A DNA stretch of 63,576 bases, the filler included, from Octopus bimaculoides (lineage: Eukaryota): the NCBI RefSeq assembly GCF_001194135.2. It is 7 parts of 7 records of this genome, joined end to end, with 100 filler letters (N's around TTAATTAATTAA, not from the genome) between each part and the next. Parts side by side here need not be neighbours in the genome. Positions count along the whole stretch, not along the records: positions 15,723 to 33,817 come from NC_068984.1; positions 33,918 to 47,685 come from NC_068985.1; 5 more parts are not named here. One strand, 5' to 3'. The notes beneath the pieces are model-generated. The model was not told where the DNA came from, did no database searches, and worked only from the letters and a program-made list of their open reading frames with translations. Below are positions 27,436 through 39,531 of this stretch, one piece after another; the stretch's first letter is position 1; each line of letters starts with the position of its first letter. Both the position numbers and the translations under genes were made by a program.

Positions 27436-27563
27436 TTTGTCTCATTATATCTATTTAGTTATAACACTCAGTCAATCTTTCCCTCTAGAATAGTATTCCT
27501 CTGTGAATTTATATCCGACTATCTTTATCTCTGACTCTGTCTGCCTGTCTGTCTGTCTGTCTG

Positions 27564-27631
<68 letters not shown>

Positions 27632-27819
27632 ATCTCTCTCTCTTCCTCCTTGTATATATATCAATGCATATACATGACTCTATTACTGTTCTACGCACCG
27701 CACAAGCACTCGCAGACATACACATACATAGAGACAAGAAATAGAAAGAGAGAGTGAGTGAGTGAGTGTGTGAGTGAGTGAATGAGTGAGTGAGTGAGAG
27801 AGAATGAGTGAGAGTGAGA

Positions 27820-27865
<46 letters not shown>

Positions 27866-28470
27866 AGATGCTTGAGCATTTGTATCCTCTTGCGATGATT
27901 TTACAAGAGTTCATTAAAAAAATGAAGTTAGGAAAAGGTTGAAGTGTTTCNNNNNNNNNNNNNNNNNNNNNNNNNNNNNNNNNNNNNNNNNNNNNNNNNN
28001 NNNNNNNNNNNNNNNNNNNNNNNNNNNNNNNNNNNNNNNNNNNNNNNNNNNNNNNNNNNNNNNNNNNNNNNNNNNNNNNNNNNNNNNNNNNNNNNNNNNN
28101 NNNNNNNNNNNNNNNNNNNNNNNNNNNNNNNNNNNNNNNNNNNNNNNNNNNNNNNNNNNNNNNNNNNNNNNNNNNNNNNNNNNNNNNNNNNNNNNNNNNN
28201 NNNNNNNNNNNNNNNNNNNNNNNNNNNNNNNNNNNNNNNNNNNNNNNNNNNNNNNNNNNNNNNNNNNNNNNNNNNNNNNNNNNNNNNNNNNNNNNNNNNN
28301 NNNNNNNNNNNNNNNNNNNNNNNNNNNNNNNNNNNNNNNNNNNNNNNNNNNNNNNNNNNNNNNNNNNNNNNNNNNNNNNNNNNNNNNNNNNNNNNNNNNN
28401 NNNNNNNNNNNNNNNNNNNNNNNNNNNNNNNNNNNNNNNNNNNNNNNNNNNNNNNNNNNNNNNNNNNNNN

Positions 28471-28520
<50 letters not shown>

Positions 28521-28722
28521 TATATTTATACACACACATACATATACACACACATATACATGTATATACACGCATGTTTGCACACATACACATATATAAA
28601 TGTATATATATATATTTTTATGTGTTTGTGTGTATGTGTGTGTGTGTGTATGTCTCTGTGTGTGTGCGTGTGTGTGTGTTTGAATTTAAATTAGCCAAAT
28701 ATCGAGAACTGGCAAAATAAAC

Positions 28723-28760
<38 letters not shown>

Positions 28761-30527
28761 TTGTGGAGAGACATAATGACATACATACATACATACATAC
28801 ATACATGCATACATACATACATACATACATGAGGAGAGAGAGAGAAAGGGGTGTGGATTATCTAACTGTGAGGTTGAGCTAGAAAGAGGAGAGGCGATGA
28901 TAACTGGAAGATATCATTGACTCAGCCGTTCCTTCTTCGTTTTCTTTCCTAATTAAAGCATTTGAGTTTCGTCACACACTTCCGTTTTCCCTTGTTTTTG
29001 TATGTTTGTTTACGTGACAAAATAAATCACGTGAATGGATCTCTGTCGCCGCTACCGAGGCACCCAGTGTACTGTTAACGTATTTCAACAAGCAGAATTA
29101 GCATGATGCAATGTGATAAGAGTGGCCACGAATGGGCATGGCCTGAACAGGTTTAGGAAAGACCCGATCCACACTCTTAACTCTCTAGGGCTTAAGAATA
29201 CTTCAGAGACCAGCCTTTCTCAGACGTCCCGTTCAATTTCGGCACCGGTTCATACAAGCCCTACCGAAAATTCTAATGAAAGGCCATTGTATATGAACAC
29301 AGCCTCCTGCCACTCTATTATAATGTTTAAAATCTTTAAGCTGCATCAATCATATGCTTAGTCCTAAATCCCATTGGAGAAGGTAGCGCTGTAAAATCCT
29401 TTGGATTGTTTCACCCTTTTCACTCAACGTGAGAAACTCAACTGGAAACAGTTGGAATGGCCTGGACCACATCTAAATGGAAGCAGACGCTGCAAACTTT
29501 GCTTGCTCACGAAGAGAATCATTCTAAAAAACGCACAAAGTCCAGCTATTTTCCTGAACTAAAAAACGAATTATTTCCTTGTTACCCTCATGAACGGTAA
29601 NNNNNNNNNNNNNNNNNNNNNNNNNNNNNNNNNNNNNNNNNNNNNNNNNNNNNNNNNNNNNNNNNNNNNNNNNNNNNNNNNNNNNNNNNNNNNNNNNNNN
29701 NNNNNNNNNNNNNNNNNNNNNNNNNNNNNNNNNNNNNNNNNNNNNNNNNNNNNNNNNNNNNNNNNNNNNNNNNNNNNNNNNNNNNNNNNNNNNNNNNNNN
29801 NNNNNNNNNNNNNNNNNNNNNNNNNNNNNNNNNNNNNNNNNNNNNNNNNNNNNNNNNNNNNNNNNNNNNNNNNNNNNNNNNNNNNNNNNNNNNNNNNNNN
29901 NNNNNNNNNNNNNNNNNNNNNNNNNNNNNNNNNNNNNNNNNNNNNNNNNNNNNNNNNNNNNNNNNNNNNNNNNNNNNNNNNNNNNNNNNNNNNNNNNNNN
30001 NNNNNNNNNNNNNNNNNNNNNNNNNNNNNNNNNNNNNNNNNNNNNNNNNNNNNNNNNNNNNNNNNNNNNNNNNNNNNNNNNNNNNNNNNNNNNNNNNNNN
30101 NNNNNNNNNNNNNNNNNNNNNNNNNNNNNNNNNNNNNNNNNNNNNNNNNNNNNNNNNNNNNNNNNNNNNNNNNNNNNNNNNNNNNNNNNNNNNNNNNNNN
30201 NNNNNNNNNNNNNNNNNNNNNNNNNNNNNNNNNNNNNNNNNNNNNNNNNNNNNNNNNNNNNNNNNNNNNNNNNNNNNNNNNNNNNNNNNNNNNNNNNNNN
30301 NNNNNNNNNNNNNNNNNNNNNNNNNNNNNNNNNNNNNNNNNNNNNNNNNNNNNNNNNNNNNNNNNNNNNNNNNNNNNNNNNNNNNNNNNNNNNNNNNNNN
30401 NNNNNNNNNNNNNNNNNNNNNNNNNNNNNNNNNNNNNNNNNNNNNNNNNNNNNNNNNNNNNNNNNNNNNNNNNNNNNNNNNNNNNNNNNNNNNNNNNNNN
30501 NNNNNNNNNNNNNNNNNNNNNNNNNNN

Positions 30528-30572
<45 letters not shown>

Positions 30573-31132
30573 TAGATAGATAGATAGGATAGGATAAGTA
30601 GATAAAGAGAGAAAGATTAATAAAAAAGGGAGAGAAAGAACTGTGTTATGGAAAGAGAGAGAGGGAGAGAGTGAAAGCTGTGTTATGAAGGAGGGGGAGA
30701 GAACTGTGTTGTGTGTGAAGTAGAGAACGGTTATCCGATGCTAGCAAAATGTTGGTGGAATCGGTGAAGTTGGACACTTGGAGCAAAAAGTTATCTTTTT
30801 CTAAAACGTCAACCTTTGTTAATAACTGCTGCCATTTCAGCGAAGCTATCTCCTCCATTACATTTCACTGTTTCTTCCCCTGTTACTCCATTTTAAATCT
30901 TTATTGCGAGTCGTATTGGTGTCAGCGGAGTAGTGTCATCACTTGGTCGTTCATCTCCCAGGAAAGATAACTGTTAACTGGAAAGCTGGAAGACGAATAC
31001 AGAAGTGTAGTGTAGTGTATGTATGTATGTATGTATGTATGTATGTTTGTAGGAGAATGAGAATGTAGGCGTTGTGCACCACATTACTAGGAGTGAGTGA
31101 CCCCTAGTTCTTCTTAGGAGATCACACTAGGA

Positions 31133-31647
31133 CAGGGGTTACCAAACTACGGCCCGCGGGGTCAGTTCATCCAGCTCGTCGCCGCACTGTACCTTTCGAG
31201 TGAGTACCTGCAATGAGAGTTCGTTTGCCTCTGGTATGGCGTCAGCGCTTGGAACAACTTGTGTCTGTGAGCAAAAATGAAAGATGCAAAGTCAGCCCAT
31301 CAAACAAGGTTGACTGATGAACATTCGAAAGCAATTTTCTTGGTTGGATGCAGCGATTCCAAAGCAAATATTGATGACATCTTAAAAGCTAAACACCAGT
31401 TTCACAAATCTCACAGACCTTTTTTGCTGTTTAGATTGTGAGATTCGGATGTGTGCACGCTGGGTGTGATGTAACTATCTTATTGCTGACGTCACCATCT
31501 TTGAAAAACTTTTTGGCAAATAAATACGTTGGTTGTCTTTGTTTTTTGTGTATTCACTGTATTATATCGAGCAAAATAGTTATGTGGGTCGTGCTCGTCA
31601 TTCTCTCAGTTACTTGGCCCACCGTGAAAAAGGTTTGGTGACCCCTG
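31133..31647 (+). mobile_element. Non-autonomous hAT (Charlie-like) element retaining the transposase C-terminal dimerisation segment
   Basis: TIRs caggggttaccaaact / ggtttggtgacccctg; TSD cactagga / caccagga (7/8). Internal translation ASALGTTCVCEQK..MKDAKSAHQTRLTDEHSKAIL...ANIDDILKAKHQFHKSH. Confidence 0.85.
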
Positions 31648-31862
31648 CACCAGGAGAAGGAAAACTCTGATGCAAAACATGCGAATCAATGGCAGCCAAT
31701 GATGTTAACTAGTTCTTCATTTTCGGGTGTCTGTGACCGTTGTTTAGCGAGTGGGATTGGTGGTGTAGAAGGCTTCTCCTCACTTTACAAAGCATCATGC
31801 ACAGGCATCTCTTGACGTACTGGCACCGTCATCCTATACTTGAGGACAGAGGAAGCGGCCAT

Positions 31863-31901
<39 letters not shown>

Positions 31902-33554
31902 GTGTGTGTAAGGAGTGGCTGTGTGTGTGTAAGGAGTGGCTGTGTGCAAGGCGCAGGAGTGGTTGTGTGGTGAGAAGCTTGCTTCCCAACAACATGGTTC
32001 CGGGTTNNNNNNNNNNNNNNNNNNNNNNNNNNNNNNNNNNNNNNNNNNNNNNNNNNNNNNNNNNNNNNNNNNNNNNNNNNNNNNNNNNNNNNNNNNNNNN
32101 NNNNNNNNNNNNNNNNNNNNNNNNNNNNNNNNNNNNNNNNNNNNNNNNNNNNNNNNNNNNNNNNNNNNNNNNNNNNNNNNNNNNNNNNNNNNNNNNNNNN
32201 NNNNNNNNNNNNNNNNNNNNNNNNNNNNNNNNNNNNNNNNNNNNNNNNNNNNNNNNNNNNNNNNNNNNNNNNNNNNNNNNNNNNNNNNNNNNNNNNNNNN
32301 NNNNNNNNNNNNNNNNNNNNNNNNNNNNNNNNNNNNNNNNNNNNNNNNNNNNNNNNNNNNNNNNNNNNNNNNNNNNNNNNNNNNNNNNNNNNNNNNNNNN
32401 NNNNNNNNNNNNNNNNNNNNNNNNNNNNNNNNNNNNNNNNNNNNNNNNNNNNNNNNNNNNNNATATGTATGTATAAATTTATGCATGTCTTTGTGTCTGT
32501 GTTTGTTCCGCCATCGTCGGTTTGGTGTCTGGAATGGGATTGCTTACCTCATGGGCAGGTAGACACCACCATGTATGTATGTATGTATGTATGTATGTAT
32601 GTATGTATGTATGTATGTATGTATGTATGTATGATCTCTTCTGTTTCTAATTCTTTGAAATCTTCTGAAGAAGGAGCTGGTTTCTAACAAAGATACGAAA
32701 CTCCACCGTCGCAATGTAGATAACAAAACCAAATCCACATTTTAAGCTTGCATATCTTTATTGTTCTACTTACAGATCGTATACGTAATGTCTGTGTTAG
32801 TTGGTTGATTTCATTTTTGCTGACCTCGCTCCTCCCCAGCTGATCCAAGTTGTTACTTCGGTTTTTACTCACAAAACGAAGTCTAGTAATTATTTTTTGT
32901 ATAAATATGATTTTTTAATCTCGGCAGAACATCTGAATGTTTCGAACTCGTTGTCCAGTTATCCTCTTCCTCATTGATTTTTCACATCAGCACCACGACT
33001 GTCCTCAATGGCGGTACATATTTAACTATCCTCACACGCTGTGACTCTACTTCGTCTCTCTGTAGCTTTCCATCACGCGATGTCATACCTCTTCCCTTTC
33101 GGTAAATCCTCGAACGCAATGTTATTCTCCCCACCTCCCTTCCCCCCTCTCTCTCACTCTTTTACTTCTACTCCAACAGCATTTCACTCCTCATATTTTT
33201 CGACTCCGGAAAGATAGGACACCAAAGTGAAAAGTAATGTAAACTGATATCAGACAACATCCGCTACTATTCCAATTTCATTCGACCACTCCACTCCCTA
33301 CAAATGCCTGAAGAGTTTACTTTCAAAACCGGAATGACTTTTGAGTAATTGATTAAAATAGCAACTAGAATATATCTGATTTTGTTTGGAAGACTGAGAT
33401 TCGCCTAATGTCTATATGGCACATATTTCCCAGTTTGACTGAAATAAATTTCACGTGCGTGAAGCCAGCAGTTTGCAAATTGCGTTTTAATGGAAATCGA
33501 CCAAATATGCACTTGAACCAGTTTTGAAAGGAAGCTCCCCATGATATATAAATG

Positions 33555-33585
33555 ACTAGCAGAGGCACCCGGCGTTGCTCGGGAA
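33555..33585 (+). mobile_element. Possible Helitron-like 5' end
   Basis: actagcagaggcacccggcgttgctcggga with a cccg/cggg hairpin (recognition only). Confidence 0.35.
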
Positions 33586-33955
33586 TGAAATTGTTGCTTA
33601 TATACTTGAAGAAAAAAAGGCAAAATATGCTGTATAGAAATTTGAGGACATTCTGTAGATGGACTCTCAGATGAATGATGGCTGGGCGCCTCTCATGAAT
33701 GGGGAAAATTGAAGATGTGCCAAAAAGCCTCATTGGTACTTGGAAACTTTTACGAAAATTAAAATGGGGATCGTTGCCAGTGCCCCTGGACTGGCTCTTG
33801 TGCGGGTGGCACATAAANNNNNNNNNNNNNNNNNNNNNNNNNNNNNNNNNNNNNNNNNNNNTTAATTAATTAANNNNNNNNNNNNNNNNNNNNNNNNNNN
33901 NNNNNNNNNNNNNNNNNATATTCACACACACACATACATATACATATATATATAT

Positions 33956-34185
33956 CCTTTTATTTGTTTCAGTCATTTGACTGCGGCATTGCTGGAGCAC
34001 CGCCTTTAGTCTAACAATTTGAACCCAGGACTTATTCTTTGTAAGTCTAGTACTTATTCTATCGGTCTCTTTTGCCGAACCGCTCTATTACAGGGACGTC
34101 AACACACCAACATCGATTGTCAAACGATGTTGGAGGGTGGGTGGGCAAACACAGACACAGACATACGCACACGCACACGCACACG

Positions 34186-34219
<34 letters not shown>

Positions 34220-34402
34220 GGTATATATATATATATATATACGACAGGCTTCTTTGAGTTTCCGTCAACCAAATCCACTCACAAGGCTTTGGTCGGCTCG
34301 AAACTATAGTAGAAGACAGTTGCCGAAGGTGCCACGCAGTGGGAATGAATCTGGAACCATGTGGTTGGGAAGTAAGTTTCTTACGACACCACCTCTCCTG
34401 CG
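33956..34402 (-). mobile_element. Full-length SINE family B (reverse)
   Basis: Tail, internal CA/TA microsatellite, body and head all present. Confidence 0.88.
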
Positions 34403-34413
34403 CCTTATATATA

Positions 34414-34740
34414 AGCACTGGGTGGTAAGGAGCTTGCTTCCAAATCACATGGGTTCCAGGTTCAGTCCCATTTCTACTATAGCCTCGGGCCGACCAAATG
34501 CTTTTGAGTGGATTTGGTTGACGAAAACTGTGTGTGTGTGTGTTTGTGTGCCTGTGTTGTTTGTGTATCTGTGTGTGGCTTGACAACCGATGTTGGTGTG
34601 TTTACGACACTGCAAAAGCAAAAACGCCCGATAGAATAAGTACTAAGCTTACAACGAATAAGTCATGGAGTCAATTCGTTCGGCTAAAGGTAGTGCTCCA
34701 TCATGGCCGCAGGAAAATGTCTGAAACAAATAATAAAAGT
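34414..34740 (+). mobile_element. SINE family B (forward), head-to-head with the preceding copy
   Basis: gtggtaaggagcttgcttccaaatcacatgggttccaggttcagtccca...gtgctccatcatggccgcag. Confidence 0.85.
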
Positions 34741-35229
34741 ATATATCTGTATATATAGATGCATATACCAATACACATGTATAGATACTTATGTATGTAT
34801 GCATGCATATATATATGTATATATGTATATATATATATATATANNNNNNNNNNNNNNNNNNNNNNNNNNNNNNNNNNNNNNNNNNNNNNNNNNNNNNNNN
34901 NNNNNNNNNNNNNNNNNNNNNNNNNNNNNNNNNNNNNNNNNNNNNNNNNNNNNNNNNNNNNNNNNNNNNNNNNNNNNNNNNNNNNNNNNNNNNNNNNNNN
35001 NNNNNNNNNNNNNNNNNNNNNNNNNNNNNNNNNNNNNNNNNNNNNNNNNNNNNNNNNNNNNNNNNNNNNNNNNNNNNNNNNNNNNNNNNNNNNNNNNNNN
35101 NNNNNNNNNNNNNNNNNNNNNNNNNNNNNNNNNNNNNNNNNNNNNNNNNNNNNNNNNNNNNNNNNNNNNNNNNNNNNNNNNNNNNNNNNNNNNNNNNNNN
35201 NNNNNNNNNNNNNNNNNNNNNNNNNNNNN

Positions 35230-35280
<51 letters not shown>

Positions 35281-36739
35281 TAAATAAATGTATATATATA
35301 TAAATATACATATATACGTGTGTATGTGTGCCTGTGCGTGTGTGTATGTGTGTGTGTAGGTGTGTGTGTGTGTATGTATGTATTTACCATACACAGCATG
35401 TATATGTGTATGAGAAAGAGACAATTTGATATTTCTGGAAGGGTTTTGAAATTTCTCGTTAATTCCCCTTGAATGATTTCTTCTGAATGAAAAGATTTTG
35501 AGAAACAAACACCAGTTTTATAGATGTTTGGCTTTCACCAAATATTTTTATTTTCCATCTTATGTTTATCACAACAGTTCTTAGCCCATAATTTATTCGT
35601 TATTGTTATTTACTTTTTAATTTTACATCTAGAATCATTATCTGATATGTGTTAATCCATGCAGTGACATCATTATATAAACTTTACTCTGTTATCACAA
35701 CGTTCGAATTTTGCTAAAAAGTTGAGCAGAACGGTTTCCTTCGTGAATTTCCCCCAGTAATATTTCTATTGTTTATGCAAAATGAAATATTTAAAATTAA
35801 TTTGTTGACATATATTTCTGAATTGAAATTTTTGCTAGGTTTATAGCTGTATTCCAATATTCATTATTCTGGGCAAAAATAAAAATAAAAATAAAATTTA
35901 AAAAAAAGGGCAAAATGAGAATAACGAATAAATCTTACGACATTTTAACGTAGTAACATAATCCTAGTGAGATGGCAATTCTCTTTTGTCGTTAGGGAAA
36001 TCTGCATTCCTTGTATATGCACACCAGCAGAAAGTAAACTTTCAAGTGGAAAAGATCAAATACTATATTGCACTCAGTGGATTGGAACTCGAAACCGTAG
36101 AGATTGTTCCGAACTTTATTCCCTCTTTTGTTTAACGCAATGGTTAGTAGATTACGCTGTCGAAATCTAAACTTTCACTCCCCATACGATAAAAAATCTG
36201 GTTCGTGACTTCAATTTGTTTATAAAGTTGAATATGCTAAACAGGTTCTTAAAGACGAAAATATATACTGTCGCAGCTATTATTGCTTTAATTTCATCAA
36301 ATCTGTTATGAGGTGTTATACCATTTTCCCCTTTTTATCCCAAGAAATGATCGTTGCCTTTAATATAGAATTTTGAAAAGAATTCTTTTGAAAATAGCAG
36401 CGATGGGTAATCAGTAAGGCCAATACGCAGTTTCCTCTTATGTTTGATGTAAATGTTATATCGAAGCTTTAACTCTAATATGGGTCTAATTTTATGTATT
36501 ATCGATGAAATAAATATAATAATATGAGGTCTGTTATATCTGTAGTCTAAAATTAATGAAAGAAAAAATATAATGAATGAAGTCCTTGTATTGCATGTTC
36601 TGGTATCATCAACCCAGTAAGAATAAAAAAAAACCCCAGTCAACCATAGCAGGGTCTGAGTTCAGAATGCGTTCAATGACCACAAAGCCTCAGTTGTTTA
36701 TGCATTGCAATAACACTTACGTGTTATATATATATATAT

Positions 36740-37135
36740 ATGGCTGTGTGGTAAGAAGCTTGCTTACGAACCACATAGTTCCGGGTTCAGTCCCACTGCG
36801 TGGCACCTTGGGCAAGTGTCTTCTACTATAGCCTCGGGCCGACCAAAGCCCTGTGAGTGGATTTGGTAGACGGAAACTGAAAGAAGCCCGTCGTATATAT
36901 GTATATGTATATATATGTGTGTTTTTGGGTGTCTGTATTTGTCCCCCCACCATCACTTGACAACCGATGCTGGTGTGTTTACGTCCCCGTAACTTAGCGG
37001 TTTGGGAAAAGAGACCGATAGAATAAGTACTAGGCTTCCAAAGAATAAGTCCTGGGGTCGATTTGCTCGACTAAAGGTGGTGCTCCAGCATGGTTGCAGT
37101 CAATTGACTGAAACAAGTAAAAGAGAAAAGAGAGA
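36740..37135 (+). mobile_element. Full-length SINE family B (CORE-like)
   Basis: ggctgtgtggtaagaagcttgc...ccgggttcagtcccactgcgtggcaccttgggcaagtgtcttc (ccttgggcaag is shared with CORE-SINE cores); tail ends gactgaaacaagtaaaagag. Confidence 0.92.
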
Positions 37136-37299
37136 ACGAGAATATATAACCAGTTCGTTACTGTGGATTTCCATTCTTGGATATCGAAACCCCTTCTCTT
37201 GCAAGTTCTAGACTTCTCTAAACAATTCAACAGAATTTGTGACCTCGGTATCAGAATTATTAGGAACGGTGGAAAGTCACGCTGTTTCTATTGGGCTTA

Positions 37300-37893
37300 A
37301 AGGAAGGCCCACAGTTAGACGTATCCATGAAGAACTATGGCGGATTGCTTATCCGGGAATCTTAAAATAAATTCATATACCTCCACATCCAACTCCTAAT
37401 CCAGTGAAAAAGAGAAAAGTAATGTGTTTAATCCTTCCTTTAATCTAGAAGTTTTCACTAACAAAGCTAGAAGCTTCTTAATTAGAAAGCATTCCCGAAG
37501 AGCCTATAGGTTTAAAAAACTCTTTTATTCCTATAGCGTCAAGGTTAGCTACACAGACTTAGATAATATCGCTTCCAGCATTACATGCCACACCATAAGC
37601 GAACATGCAAGCACATAGTTACCAACTTACACTCCAATCTATATCTGTCAAACCCTGCCAACTACCCACTGTGAGAATGCTACCTCTCAAAGATGGTGGT
37701 GTATAGAGCCACTCTCACGTCATCCGTTGGCAAGAAACATATATGATAGGGCTCCTCTCTGTACATTTGGAACCCCTAATTGCCAGCTCTGCTTCTGTGA
37801 GAAACTGCACATACTCCACCAGTGCGCAGTATTCGTCAACTGGAAAAACAAACTAGCTAATTGTTGTCACCAAATGTATGCCCTGTAAATAAA
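37300..37893 (+). mobile_element. Penelope-like (Naiad-type) RT-thumb/GIY-YIG remnant
   Basis: KKRKVM/FNPSFNLEVFTNKARSFL..KH...KKLFYSYSVKVSYTDLDNI...MVVYRATL...CQLCFCEKLHIL...NWKNKLANCCH; frameshifted, with an internal deletion. Confidence 0.75.
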
Positions 37894-38451
37894 CTTCAAA
37901 CCTTTGGCCGCTGATAACCCGGATATACACCCTAGTCTAGCTGACTTCCACCAAACAATGGCGGACACACAATATCCGCTGCTTGGAGAGACTATATCAT
38001 ACTTATATCGTCCACGCGAACTCATTTGTAATCTGACACTATCAACTCAGTTATTCTCACGTAATAACTGTCATCAGTATGTATCACATCTCACACAGTG
38101 ATGATTAATTGATTGAAATACATCAATATCTTGCCTACCCTACCACGTGCGGTATCCAATGTAAAGAATTGGTACTGCTAAACATATCCTGTAGAATATC
38201 GATAAATCGAGTCAGCATCCTACATCCACAGTTACGTTATCAATGAAATCATTGGTATCGCTATGATCGCGTACACAAGTACATGACCTAAACTGATTAA
38301 CAAAGGGTATTTAAAAAAACATTTTAAAACTATGATGAGGAGCTGAGCCAAACTGTTATTAAATACATGTAACTCCAACCAAATTTGTGCTGAATGCTAC
38401 TTTCTATCGCTCGTTTATTCAATCGTACACACACACGCACATGCACACACA

Positions 38452-38489
<38 letters not shown>

Positions 38490-38574
38490 AACACAAACAC
38501 ACACACTTTCACACATGTTGCTCACCATGATCTGATGCTTGTAAGTTAGCCGTAAGTTCGAAGTCAGTTCAACT

Positions 38575-39235
38575 ACAGTATTCGGGTTAAATCTGACGAT
38601 TTCGTGTGTCCTATTTTCAAGAACAGCTTGATGTATTGGATAGCAGTCAACGGTGTTGGGAGAAAAAGTTAGCTAACATGGAGGAATGAAAGCTATCTGA
38701 ATACCGGAAGAGAGTTACACGTATCATGATGATTCACGCCGCGTATTAAGATGCCAACATCATGGCTGCCGCTCAGTGCTTCGTGAATATTGTAAAGGCT
38801 GTAAGATGTAACATGAGCATCATGAAAACCAAGTTCCCCTAAACTGTGATGTTCTTTGAGTGTGTCTCCAGTGAGTCATGCTGCTCCACATCTTTGAACA
38901 GGGCCTTAGGTTCAATTCAGATGGCAATGTGAAGCTGTTGGAGATTGTGGTCAAACCTTGGCTGGAGCGGGTTTGCTACTGGAAGGCCATATGTGTGACA
39001 ACATGATTCGGTTCCTTACCGAACCTCTGGAATGAGTTAGAGGTGGTTGTCAGAGAATATTTACGACTTCAACAGTCCCAATCTCTTGCATTCTAATTTC
39101 TCTGATTGTAATCCCATGGATTATTATATGTAGGGCACGGCTGAGAAAGGCACCAACCGTTCTGCCAGCAACACCACGGCCGAGTTGGTGGCCAAGACCA
39201 AGGTGGTGTTCGAAGATACTATCAGGGACTCAGGT
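38575..39235 (+). mobile_element. maT/DD37D (Tc1/mariner superfamily) transposase pseudogene, internally deleted
   Basis: MKTKFP*TVMFFECVSSE..HIFEQGLRFNSDG..VVKPWLERV..GRPYV*QHDSVPYRTS...DCNPMDYYM*G. Exactly 37 residues between the second and third catalytic Asp. Confidence 0.85.
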
Positions 39236-39371
39236 TATTGCGTTTTCTTTTCTATATATGTAAAGTGTCAAATTTAGCTTGAATACTCTATTATATTGCT
39301 ATAATATAGCCATGATTGTTCGCTAGCCACTAAACCTTTTTTATTTTCTCTCTCAGCTTCTTTCTGTGCTC

Positions 39372-39407
39372 CTTTCTGTTGAAGAGCGTAGGCTCGAAAC
39401 GTAAAAG
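39372..39407 (+). ncRNA. Variant minimal hammerhead ribozyme motif
   Basis: cttt-CTGTTGA-a-gagc/gtag/gctc-GAA-ACGT-A-aaag. Helix I 4 bp, helix II 4 bp, palindromic ACGT helix III, GUA triplet; core A6 replaced by U. Confidence 0.5.
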
Positions 39408-39531
39408 ACTTTCTCACTTCCTGAGCGTTAAACTAATACATCTGTTTGTTGTTTACGCACCCGTCTTCGTCTTTTGTTTTGTTCTTTTTTTGTAAAATCC
39501 AACTATATATATATATATATATATAAATGTG

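Noticed and set aside
30646-30858. 70-aa minus ORF MEEIASLKWQQLLTKVDVLEKDNFLLQ..., coiled-coil-like
   Set aside because: Short, runs into CT repeats, no usable splice sites and no recognisable family.
33365-33814. 149-aa minus ORF
   Set aside because: Spans a SINE-like fragment and a Helitron-like end; no motif or coding-like composition.
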